Of a stretch of 64,000 nt of DNA, positions 32,641 through 42,451 are shown one piece after another; the first letter of the stretch is position 1; each line of letters begins with the position of its first letter. The translations under genes were made by a program, and so were the position numbers. The DNA comes from Candidatus Bathyarchaeota archaeon (lineage in GTDB: Archaea > Thermoproteota > Bathyarchaeia > Bathyarchaeales > Bathycorpusculaceae). Under the pieces are notes generated by a model that worked only from the letters and a program-made list of their open reading frames with translations, made no database searches and was not told the DNA's origin. The stretch covers positions 1,312,001 through 1,376,000 of the forward strand of contig OY970340.1 in assembly GCA_963717465.1 (NCBI GenBank), given 5' to 3'.

Positions 32641-33651
32641 GTGCGCGTGATGAATGCGAAAAGTGTGCTTGATCTTATAGGCAATACTCCAATGGTTGAA
32701 GTTAAACGTTTGAATCCTAATCCTAACCTTGAAATGTACATTAAACTGGAAAAATATAATCCAGGCGGATCAGTTAAGGATAGAATTGCTAAGTACATGA
32801 TTGCTCAAGCGGAAAAATCTGGGCAATTGACAAGTGGCAAAACTGTTATTGAACCAACCAGCGGAAACACAGGCATCGGATTAGCTTTAGTTTGCCGTGC
32901 TAAGGGGTATGATTTAATTTTAGTTATGCCTGAAACCATGTCTTTAGAAAGAAGACAAATCTTGATTTCGTATGGAGCTAAAATTCTGCTTAGCGAAGGT
33001 TCAAAAGGGATGGACGGTGCAGAAGATTTAGCACATGAAATTGTGGGTCGAAATCCTGACAAGTATTTTATGCCCAACCAGTTTGCAAACCAAGCAAATG
33101 TCTTAGCTCACTACGAGACAACCGGCGAGGAGATATGGCGAGATACTGCCGGACGCATTACCCATTTTATCGCGGGAATCGGTACCACTGGGACATTGAT
33201 GGGCGTTTCAAAACGGCTTAAAGAATACAATCCAGCAGTGAAAATAATCGGAGTTCAGCCTGAACAAGGCACAATGATCCAGGGATTAAAAGATCTAAAA
33301 ACCCAATATATCCCTGCAATTTGGAAGCCAGAACTGGTTGATGAAATCTACTACGTAAATCCGAAAGACGCTGAAGAAGCTTCAAGACTTCTAGCTCTAC
33401 AAGAAGGCCTCTTCGTAGGCATCAGCTCCGGATCCATATTCCACATTGCAGCAAAAAAAGCTAAAGAAATTGAAAAAGGCGTGCTTGTCGCCCTCGCTCC
33501 GGATGGTGGAGAAAAATACTTGAGCACAACATTATGCGACCCTGCTCTCTGTCTAAGCTGCGTTAAAAAATACGGAATTAAATGCTCATACAGGGACAGC
33601 AGCCCAATCATGAAAGGCGACAAATCAACCGTAGACTCAATTTCCTCATGA
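32641..33651 (+). CDS. cysK: PLP-dependent cysteine synthase (CysK/CysM family) with Cys-rich C-terminal extension
   Basis: NPGGSVKDR, EPTSGNTG, GIGTTGT, GISSG, PDGGEKYLS. Confidence 0.9.
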   Translation: MRVMNAKSVLDLIGNTPMVEVKRLNPNPNLEMYIKLEKYNPGGSVKDRIAKYMIAQAEKSGQLTSGKTVIEPTSGNTGIGLALVCRAKGYDLILVMPETMSLERRQILISYGAKILLSEGSKGMDGAEDLAHEIVGRNPDKYFMPNQFANQANVLAHYETTGEEIWRDTAGRITHFIAGIGTTGTLMGVSKRLKEYNPAVKIIGVQPEQGTMIQGLKDLKTQYIPAIWKPELVDEIYYVNPKDAEEASRLLALQEGLFVGISSGSIFHIAAKKAKEIEKGVLVALAPDGGEKYLSTTLCDPALCLSCVKKYGIKCSYRDSSPIMKGDKSTVDSISS

Positions 33652-33686
33652 CAAAAAGCAGAGATTTTGGATGCTATCAGGGATGC

Positions 33687-34655
33687 TTAAGAAGAGCTGA
33701 TTATTCTACTCATTATTTCAGGAAAATCTAGAATGTTTTCTACGGTAACCATTTTGCAGCCTGAATCTGCTAGCAACTTGTTTCCTTCTATATAGTGGTG
33801 TAAGAATGGATTGAATTTGATGAAATGGATTTGAACATCCATATTTTGCAGGGCGTTAATATGTTCCATCGATTCTTCGACGTCTTTGAGTTCAAAACCC
33901 ATGTCTGAAAAGATTAAGCAGAATTTTGCTTGATTTCGGCTTAGAGGCGCAAATTCTTCCCTTGCGAATCTTACTGCTTTTGCAAGTTCTGTGCCCCCAT
34001 GCGGCTCCATCGCAAGCAACCTGTCTGTAAGTTCCATGGAATCTTTTTTTTCAGCGAATTTTTTAATGACATTTAGCTCATCAGAGAAAAGCGAAATAGC
34101 ACTTTGATCATCTCTTGGCAACCCATGAATTAATATTGCGCCACATATAGCGCTGGAAACTAGAACTCTGTAATCAAAGCTTGCACTCATATCTTGAAGA
34201 TACAAAACACTTCGACGTTCACGCCTAACTTGACGAGTAAGAAAATCATCATAATTGAGCTCTGAAATTTTTTTCCCTTCTGAAAAAGCGCGCTCAAGAG
34301 TTAGCTCAAAATCAATTGCTGAAGGGTCATCAATTCCAACCCTATATTTTCGGTTAGAATAACCCTTTTCCGGACCTTGTCCTGAAACATAAAAATTATT
34401 GATAAAATGTCGGGCATAGTACAATCCTGTTTTAGCCAAAGCTTCTCTTGCTCTTGCTAGTACAATTTTTTTCTCGCTATCATTATAGTCTTCGCGGTTT
34501 CTAAACCAGTCATTGAGCACTTTCTCATCACTGGCTTTGCCCATAATAACTTCGGTCAATTCAACGGCTGCTTGCTTAAGCCTATCTTCACTTGGCGCCG
34601 ATAGACTGACATAGGTTTTGACCGCCAATGACTGAGCTTCAGTCTCTCGTCTCAA
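33687..34655 (-). CDS. VWA-domain protein (MoxR partner)
   Basis: MIDAS DMSAS, GGTEL, FSDMG. Confidence 0.8.
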   Translation of the reverse strand: MRRETEAQSLAVKTYVSLSAPSEDRLKQAAVELTEVIMGKASDEKVLNDWFRNREDYNDSEKKIVLARAREALAKTGLYYARHFINNFYVSGQGPEKGYSNRKYRVGIDDPSAIDFELTLERAFSEGKKISELNYDDFLTRQVRRERRSVLYLQDMSASFDYRVLVSSAICGAILIHGLPRDDQSAISLFSDELNVIKKFAEKKDSMELTDRLLAMEPHGGTELAKAVRFAREEFAPLSRNQAKFCLIFSDMGFELKDVEESMEHINALQNMDVQIHFIKFNPFLHHYIEGNKLLADSGCKMVTVENILDFPEIMSRIISSS

Positions 34656-34872
34656 GATGAGAGGTAATGACCGCAGATTCTACGTAATCCTGCTCAGTTA
34701 AACATTGATGCTGCAAAAGCCTAGTAGTTAATAATCTTGCAATGGCGATGGGTTGTCTTGAACTTGGTTTGAAAGCTTCTGGAATAGTATGGGAACTACG
34801 CATTTGGTTACAGAATTCTTCAGCGAATTTCACTGGATCAACAATGCTTTCTTTATTCAATGCAACCCGCAC
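34639..34872 (-). CDS. Small protein resembling a stand-alone AAA+ lid
   Basis: PSSRQPIAIARLL...EQDYVESAVITS; overlaps both neighbours; paralog of 34853-35155. Confidence 0.6.
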   Translation of the reverse strand: MRVALNKESIVDPVKFAEEFCNQMRSSHTIPEAFKPSSRQPIAIARLLTTRLLQHQCLTEQDYVESAVITSHLETRD

Positions 34873-35155
34873 GCAAATTAGGCTTGATTTTCAAAATTAG
34901 TTTTGCATAAGTCTCTTTAGCTACTTCTTCAGCTATTTTCTGAATTTTAGGAAAAGACGTTACGACCGCTGCATCAACAAAATCTTCTGCTCGAAGCTTA
35001 TTGTTTTTGAAGTACCTGTAGGATAATAACTTTGATATTGCGATAGATTGCCGGGTGCTGGGTATTGTTACATCTTTGCCTTGACTTTGCTCACGAAAAT
35101 TGTTGACAAATTCAACAGAAAATTGTTCGATTAATTCGTGTGCTTCTATTTGCAA
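34853..35155 (-). CDS. Small protein resembling a stand-alone AAA+ lid
   Basis: PSTRQSIAISKLL...AEDFVDAAVVTS; overlaps MoxR stop. Confidence 0.65.
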   Translation of the reverse strand: MQIEAHELIEQFSVEFVNNFREQSQGKDVTIPSTRQSIAISKLLSYRYFKNNKLRAEDFVDAAVVTSFPKIQKIAEEVAKETYAKLILKIKPNLRAGCIE

Positions 35156-36054
35156 GTTAAACTCTTCCTAATCAAGGCTTTCAGGTTAGCCTCATTCCAT
35201 CGGTTATTGCGCTCAGTTACAGACCCTAACAGGGTTTCATACGCAATATCCACGAGAACATCATCAGTTAATAGGTCCATTTCGGCGTATCTTGAAGCCA
35301 CGCGTGCAATGGATATACCAGTTCGAACCGAGACAAACTTGGAAAACTCCTCGTGCTGTCTGGACTGGTCAACTATGTTGTGAATCTTTTGCATTAATTC
35401 GTAGCTAAGTTTGTTCTCTGGAGTGTTTGCAGCGATGATTTTAAGTTCAGTTTCTTTATCTGGGTAGCTTAAGCTTATCCAAACGTGAAGTCGATCTCTT
35501 AGCGCCTCTGAGATTCGGTGAGCTCCGGAGAATTCATAGGGATTTGCCACTGCGATGAAAACAAAATTGTCGCTTGCTCGGATTTTTCCAAGATGAGGGA
35601 TATACAAGGTTTTTTCTTCAAGGGGTTCAAGGAAGCTGTTTTGGCAAAATTCTGAAGCGCGATTCAGCTCCTGCGCGACAAAGACTCCACCGCCAACCAT
35701 TGCAAGTAATAATGGTCCTGGTTCAAAAGCTTCCATACAGTAGCCTTTGTTAACAAGGACTGCAGGGTTGAATGTTCCAACAAGATGGCTTGGGCTCATT
35801 AACTCGTCAAAGAACAATTCATAAAATGGTCTTTGAGTATCGTATGCGAATTTTCTGGCAAGTAATGATTTGCCTACACCAGGTGGACCTATGATTATCG
35901 GCGTTAATTTAGCTGATACTGCGTCATCTAAGAGTTCGTAAGCTTTTTTGTATTGCCCTTCGAGCACAATTTTTATTTCTGAAGGCCTAGGCGCTAAGTG
36001 AAGAGCAAACTGTTCCCTGAACAATTCGTTAGTATCACACTGTTTTTCCGACAT
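35146..36054 (-). CDS. MoxR/CbbQ-like AAA+ ATPase with atypical Walker B
   Basis: GPPGVGKS, FEPGPL, VFVAQELNRA, ANP, ALRDR. Confidence 0.88.
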   Translation of the reverse strand: MSEKQCDTNELFREQFALHLAPRPSEIKIVLEGQYKKAYELLDDAVSAKLTPIIIGPPGVGKSLLARKFAYDTQRPFYELFFDELMSPSHLVGTFNPAVLVNKGYCMEAFEPGPLLLAMVGGGVFVAQELNRASEFCQNSFLEPLEEKTLYIPHLGKIRASDNFVFIAVANPYEFSGAHRISEALRDRLHVWISLSYPDKETELKIIAANTPENKLSYELMQKIHNIVDQSRQHEEFSKFVSVRTGISIARVASRYAEMDLLTDDVLVDIAYETLLGSVTERNNRWNEANLKALIRKSLTCK

Positions 36055-36074
36055 TTTCTTCTCCTCGTCTTTGT

Positions 36075-36332
36075 CTATGGATAAAGCTTCTTTTTTATGA
36101 GATAACTCTGAGCTTTTTTTAACAACTCGTTTTCGTCAATTTTGCATTTTTCTCTTTCTTGACAAGTGTCGCAGATTGACTGGTCAGTTGTGACTCCGAA
36201 AAGTCTTATTCCACTCATTGTAAGCGATTGCTCAGAGGGTATGACGCTTACGGCTATGTTGATGCCTACGCAAAGGTTTATTTCCTTGCCGTTTAAGCCA
36301 TATACTTTTCCAAGCTCTTTTATTTTCAACAT
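36075..36332 (-). CDS. Small hypothetical protein with CxxC-x5-C motif
   Basis: CDTCQEREKC; first gene of the MoxR operon. Confidence 0.55.
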   Translation of the reverse strand: MLKIKELGKVYGLNGKEINLCVGINIAVSVIPSEQSLTMSGIRLFGVTTDQSICDTCQEREKCKIDENELLKKAQSYLIKKKLYP

Positions 36333-36707
36333 CCCCTTGAATATAATTCGATGTTATTAAGGCAACAAAAATTGTCGCTCAACGTGATTTAAAGACTATT
36401 TAGTCTCAAAGGAGACAAACCCGTCCTTGATAGTCGTTTTTTGCTTTAATTTGAATATTGTATTAGACCTTTGAATATGATTGAAAATTACTCTATAAAA
36501 GCATATCTTGTTCTAATTTGGACAAATCAAAGTTCTTGACTAAAATTAGATGCGAGTAATTTTTCCTTTCATTTCAGCGATTTTGTCCAAAAGTCTTTAT
36601 ACCCTAAAAGTAAGTATATACACAAAGCATTAGTATGTGTAAAGCATCGGGCTCGCTTTAGTCAGTATGAGTGTATTAAATAAAGTTGAGGGGTGCGCGA
36701 CGCCTAA

Positions 36708-37650
36708 TTGAGTCTATACAGTGAAAATGGGGAAGAGAATTCTCTCCGCGTCCTAAAAGAAGTGCTTAGAAATATAGGAATTACGGGGAAAGCTGCGACA
36801 ATTTACATTTTCTTATTGAATAAAGGGACACCCCAACACGCGAAAGATATAACGAGACTAATGAGAACAAATAAGGCTTTAGTTTACCGCAGCCTGAAAT
36901 ATTTGCAAGCCAACGGTTTTATACTGTCAACGATGACGTTTCCAGCCAGTTTTGCTGCTATTCCTCTCGGGGTCATACTCGATAATGCCTCAAAAACTAA
37001 AAAAAGAGAAGCTCGGATGCTAGAAAAGGATAAAAAATTGATGAGTACAGTCATAAAATCGTTGAAAATTGCTGATACCCCTGTTGTGGACGACGAGTAC
37101 GCAATTCTTAGGAACCAGCATATTGCTCACCTAAAAGGCTATAGAGATGGTCAAACAAACGACGAATGAATGTTTGATTATATCTGATCGATTAACACGA
37201 CGTGAATATGATATTCCTGAAGGCATGCGAACGGCAGTTGCAGCTACCGTAAGGAAAAAGAAAGCCCAATTTAGGCTTCTAACTAATGTGGATTATTCAA
37301 CCCTTGGTTTAGCTAAGGAAATGGTTGCAAAATTAGGCATGTTAGGCGAGTACATTAAGATTCGGCATTTAAACTTGTCTCCAGCTTTGTTTCCAGGTTT
37401 CACTCTCAGCGATGAAAGTACAATAATCTTGCAATTTGATACGTGGAAGGGGATAGACTCGAAAAGCGCACTAGGGATGGATAAGCTACTTTTGACAAAC
37501 AACAAGGCAATCATTCGATTGGCACGGTTGTTGTTCAATAAACTGTGGGATGAATCAATCGACATCCGCGAAAGAATTGCTGAACTTGAAAGCATGAAGA
37601 AGGTAGATAAGGAAAGCGTTGGTGATTCATCGCTAAAACTAGCTACGTAG
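36708..37650 (+). CDS. TrmB-family transcriptional regulator, split by one extra base near 37137
   Basis: wHTH IYIFLL...VYRSLKYLQANG...PASFAAIP; effector domain with FNKLW in ORF 37147-37650. Confidence 0.8.
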
Positions 37651-37726
37651 CCCTTCCTTTTCAGTTACAAGAGCAACAAATCTATTACAAGTGATTAATT
37701 CCATTTAATGTTGTATGCATGCAAAT

Positions 37727-39058
37727 TTAAAGAGGGTTTAACCGTTTTAGGGAATTAGTTGCGTCTTCAACTAAAGTTAAAACGCCATTGAAGCCTATAA
37801 GTGGTCTATAAGTTAGTATGATTTTTTCAGTGTACGGAAACGACGTTGGTATGAAAGCTTGGTGTTTATGTTCCATTGACTCTAATATTTGCTCCTCAAT
37901 GCTGCTTCCAAGGATTAGATTTGGCGTCTTATCCCTGAGGCTTTCTCTAATCATGTACTGATCAGGGCTAATCAGAACAGTTGTATCTAAAGAGTTTTCT
38001 TTGATGTACTGCTCTAACGAAGCACGGTTGGCATTTCCCCTTTCTCTAATGCCTATGACATCTGGATACATTCCCAAGTACTTATGAAAGAACACTGTAA
38101 GCGGTGCTACTTGTGAGGAGTCGCCAAACACTGCAAAAGTTAAGCCTTTTAATCCACCTGTTAAAGAAGATACGCGTTCCAATGCATTGTAGCATTTCAT
38201 TCTAACGTGTTTTGATTCAAGCTCGATTTTTTGACGAGAAAACCCAAAATAATCAGCAACCTTGCCAAACCAGTTCTCTGAGGCAGCAAGTCCAAATGGA
38301 GCCATTTCGCTTATGCCTAAACTTGGAATTCCGAATTCTGATTCAAGAAACTTTGCAACAGTATCGCCATATTCTTCGTATACAACAAGGTTAAGTTCAG
38401 CTTTGCTTGCCTGCTTAAGATTATCTATCGTTTCACCTGCTGACATGACTGAGAGCACCTTGACTCCGAGAAGATCAAGCGTCCGCTTTAATTCTGCAAC
38501 ATCGTTTTCCCAATTGTAGTGAAAAATGGTTGGTCCAATAATGTTGACGCTGAACGTTATTCTTTCATCGCTCTTTTTCACAATTGCTTTGAGAATTTCG
38601 ATTGTGGCTTTTTTGAAGCCTTCAGCGAATGATCCTGTAAAACCAGTGCTATCAATGGCAACTGTCGGGAACTTTGGCTGGGCGCTTTTTATGAAACCCA
38701 CAAGGTCATCTCCCGTTAATGATGTCCCGCAAGAGTTTATGACGCCTAGTAAATCGTAGTTTTCATTGTTGAGGTCGTGGATGGCACCTTTGATTTTTTC
38801 TTCTGCACCATGAACATAATCGTATTCGTCAATGTATGTGCAGGATGCTCTGGGTTGCCCGAAATGGTAGTTAGTTAAGTATTTTATGATATCGTGTGGG
38901 AAGAACTGTGGATCTTGCAGTTGAATAAGATGTGCTAAGTACGTTTTACATCCCAGAGGGCCATTGATTAATGCATGTGCTTTTCTGATTCCTTCAAAAG
39001 CCGCGACTGCTCCGGCAAGTGAATCTGGCCTATGCGGGGCTGTAAAATAGTCTTTCAT
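37727..39058 (-). CDS. Nitrogenase component-1-like oxidoreductase subunit (NifK/NflD-like)
   Basis: DSLAGA, NGPLGC, NSCGTSLTGDD, VNIIG, AELNLVV, PFGL, PLIGFNG. Confidence 0.85.
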   Translation of the reverse strand: MKDYFTAPHRPDSLAGAVAAFEGIRKAHALINGPLGCKTYLAHLIQLQDPQFFPHDIIKYLTNYHFGQPRASCTYIDEYDYVHGAEEKIKGAIHDLNNENYDLLGVINSCGTSLTGDDLVGFIKSAQPKFPTVAIDSTGFTGSFAEGFKKATIEILKAIVKKSDERITFSVNIIGPTIFHYNWENDVAELKRTLDLLGVKVLSVMSAGETIDNLKQASKAELNLVVYEEYGDTVAKFLESEFGIPSLGISEMAPFGLAASENWFGKVADYFGFSRQKIELESKHVRMKCYNALERVSSLTGGLKGLTFAVFGDSSQVAPLTVFFHKYLGMYPDVIGIRERGNANRASLEQYIKENSLDTTVLISPDQYMIRESLRDKTPNLILGSSIEEQILESMEHKHQAFIPTSFPYTEKIILTYRPLIGFNGVLTLVEDATNSLKRLNPL

Positions 39059-41254
39059 CAGATCTCCAATCCTCTGCGAATGGCATTCTTATTCTAGATA
39101 TCCACTTTTGAACATATATTAGCCCACTGTTAAACCCATATGTTGGGCAAAACGGCAAAATATCGTAGATGGTTTCTTGAGTTGGCGCCTTAATTGGCAT
39201 GAAATTCATTAAAACCAAGTCAGGTTTGTTTTCCACTATGTCTTTTTCATATCTTTCAATGGGGTAGTCGGTTTCGATGTTGACTCTGTCAGAGTACTTT
39301 GACTCAAAATGTCTCTCTTAAGTAAAAGACGTGGGATAAGCATACTTTTTGTATGTTTACGTTTAAATCAAGAAGCGTCGAAATAGCCCAGTCCACGTTA
39401 CTTGTTTGACTGAAGATCATTACTTTCTTGTTAGAGATGTATTTTTTTAGTTTTTGTAAGTTGCTTATCATAGCTGACTCGTGCTTGATTGATTAGGTTT
39501 TCAGCTTCTTCTTCTCTTCCGAATTTTGCTGCTATGGCTCTGGTGAAGGCTTCTGTCTGTTCAAAGGCTATGGGCAATGGAGCCTTAAGCGTAGGTACGT
39601 TGAAACGTTTCTCAAAAAAATCAGACAAGGCTTGAACTACCGGGTCAGTGGTTGCAGGAATGTTTACGCTGCCCTTCTTGAACTGTTTGATGTCATGTAC
39701 GCTTGTTGCCTTGATAAAGCGGCAATTCACTTTAATTCTTAAATGACTTAGGATTTTTTCCAGTTCTTCGTAGTTCCTGTCAGTGGCTGAAGAGAGTGGT
39801 GGTTCCCCAATGATGTTTACTGCATCGACTGAAGGCTGTATGTTTTTGTCTATAAAGTGTTCAGCTATGTTTGTGTAAGCGTTTAGCAATCCATTGTTGA
39901 AGTCTCCTCCCATAACGCCGTCAAAATTAACTCTTAGAACCTCAAGCCCATTCTTATTTAATTGTGCTGTTACCCTGTCAAAGTCTTCTCCGATTATTCC
40001 TGAAGGGCAAGAACTAATCACGAAAAAGGCATTGGGTTTCAACCTACGGTTAGTGTCAATAATCATTTTTTCAAGGTTGCCTTCAGCACCAAAAACTACA
40101 TCGCGTTCCCTCATATCTGTACAGAGAAGATTTGGAAAGATCAAGGTCTCGGGGTTCAAACTTGAACCCGTGCTCATTGTTGTGCAAAAACTATTGAAGG
40201 CACAACCTACTGGTGAATCCATCACGGAAACCCCGTCAAGGATTTGGCTAGCAACTGAATATGCTCCAGCAAGAGAACAGCCGTAAGTAGGTAAACGTGT
40301 TTTGGGAATGCTACGGGTCACATTAGGCTTGCTTGATGCAGCGCTTGTTTGGTTTAAACTTGAATAATTAGTGTTTGTTGCTTCGTTGCTTCTTTGGAAT
40401 TGTGGTACTACACTTTTTCGTGTGATTTTTTTTCCGTAGCAAAATTCGCTAACGAATTCTTCAAGTTCCTCATCCTTTAGAGGTGTGGGTATTACTGGTG
40501 TTTTATTGTTTTCAATCATGTTAGCTATTGATCTGTAAATGTTTGCAAGCTCTGAGTTGGGCGCGTATTCTATTACGGTTTTTGATTCAAGTTCAGCGGC
40601 TTGAACAAGTTCGCTTCTGGGTATGAACCCAATCATTTCGGTGCCGATCTTTTTTGCGAAGGCAGCGATTAGTTCTTGTTCTTTTTTGGTTCCTCGTTCA
40701 TTCCCTATTACTCCCGCCAGCTTGCCGTGAATATTTGAGTGACTTTTCAAGCCCTTGGCGATGTTGTTGGCGGCGTATAAAGACATGAACTCTCCTGAAG
40801 TGATTATGTAAACTTGATCAGCAAATCCTTCTCGCATTGGGACAGCGAAACCTCCGCATACGACGTCCCCAAGAACATCGAAAAAGACGAAGTCAAAATC
40901 GCGGGTGTTTAGCCCTTTTTCTTTGAGAAGGTTGACCATTTGAATTATGCCTCTTCCCGCGCATCCAACGCCTGGTTCTGGTCCTCCGGCTTCGATGCAT
41001 TTGATGCCTTTGTAGCCGGCAAGCATGACTTCATCGAGGCCAACAATTCCTGAAGTATTTAATTGCTCAAGAACGGTTGACTGCATGAAGCCACCAAGAA
41101 CGAGACGGGTTGAATCGTGTTTTGGGTCGCAGCCGATCTGCAGTACTTTCCGGCCTTTCTCAGCTAAAGCGCATGTGACATTTGAAATTATAGTTGATTT
41201 TCCTATGCCACCTTTTCCATAAAAGGCAACGTTTACCAATCTTTTCCCATCCAT
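39030..41254 (-). CDS. nifH: Fused NifH-like Fe protein + NifD/E-like subunit (nitrogenase-like, group IV type); two single-base insertions near 39450 and 39308
   Basis: [45 protein letters not shown]; then [23 protein letters not shown]. Removing one base in each of two homopolymers joins ORFs 39431-41254 and 39030-39236 into about 740 aa. Confidence 0.85.
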
Positions 41255-41552
41255 ACTCCTGAATCTATGAGTGACTGATTATAACTTAATTATCTTCGGC
41301 TGGGAAATAGATTATGTTAGTCAACATTAAAACGCACTGATTCAGCCGCATCTTTAGAATTCCATTGCTACACGAAAAATATGAATTCTATTTAAAAAAA
41401 GAAAAAGATTTGAGCTTGTATCCCTTAAGATATTTATAGTCAAAAAGCTTTTAGTCGCGTGGTCATCCAAGAATTGCTAACTTTTTTTGCATTTTAGACA
41501 AACTAAGGCATTGTTCCCTCAGGTGTAATGATTGTGAGTCACGGGGTAATGT

Positions 41553-42209
41553 ATGACTAAAGACGATGAGTTTAAACTGAGACCAAACATTCAATCGCTA
41601 TCTGATCTTATTTTCGGATTAGCGTTATCAATTGGAGCGTTAACATTGATTGGTCAGCAGATACATAGTTTACAAGGACTGCTTGCCTCACTAATTTTTT
41701 ATGCTTTCAGCTTTCTTATTTTAATTAGTGTTTGGCGAGTTTACTCTACTATAGTTTCCGTGCTGCCGACTGAAACAAACCGAATGATCAACCTCAATAT
41801 TGCACTCCTGCTTTTGGTCACAATTGAGCCTTTTCTTCTAAACTTAGTTCTCACACAAAGCGGCGATTTGCTAAACTATGCCTCTATCATTTACGCCATT
41901 GACTTAGGATCAATGTTTCTAATTTTAGCTTACTTTGACCATGCACTGGCGCAAGAAGAGAAAAACCTGGTTCCCAAAAACTGTATTTCTATTTTTAGAA
42001 ACAATCGTAACTTCGACTTGCTAGTTGCAGGATTATTTTTTATCTCCATGGTTCCAATTTTTGGAGATATACACATTTTCAATCTGACATTAAATGCCAT
42101 AACTTACGGCTTAACCTTGAGAGCGCTTCTTTGGATTATAGTTTTACCATTAAGGCCGATAAAAAACTGGATACTTTACCGTGGAAAAAACCTGAAAGTA
42201 TTAATTTAA
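41553..42209 (+). CDS. TMEM175 (DUF1211) family membrane protein
   Basis: IQSLSDLIFGLALS in TM1, multiple TMs, NLNIALLLLVTIEPF. Confidence 0.75.
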   Translation: MTKDDEFKLRPNIQSLSDLIFGLALSIGALTLIGQQIHSLQGLLASLIFYAFSFLILISVWRVYSTIVSVLPTETNRMINLNIALLLLVTIEPFLLNLVLTQSGDLLNYASIIYAIDLGSMFLILAYFDHALAQEEKNLVPKNCISIFRNNRNFDLLVAGLFFISMVPIFGDIHIFNLTLNAITYGLTLRALLWIIVLPLRPIKNWILYRGKNLKVLI

Positions 42210-42451
42210 AATGAAAGGTTCGGATTTTAAGAGGACATTTTCACAACCAAAAGGCGCCCGAAAAACAAGGCAAAGAATAAAGGATTAGCTAAGCAATCAT
42301 CTAAACGAAGTGGACATGAAAAATACTTGCCCAATTGAACAGCAACAGCTTATATCCATTGAAGAACTGGTTTGTTTCATAATTTACTAGCCACACAATT
42401 TAATTAGCAACGCTAATATGTGATGTAAATCCACTCGTAAATGGGGTATCT

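Noticed and set aside
37727..41254. Bona fide nitrogen fixation (nifHDK)
   Set aside because: FeMo-co ligands not found, second subunit lacks one cluster Cys, and no nifB/E/N in the window
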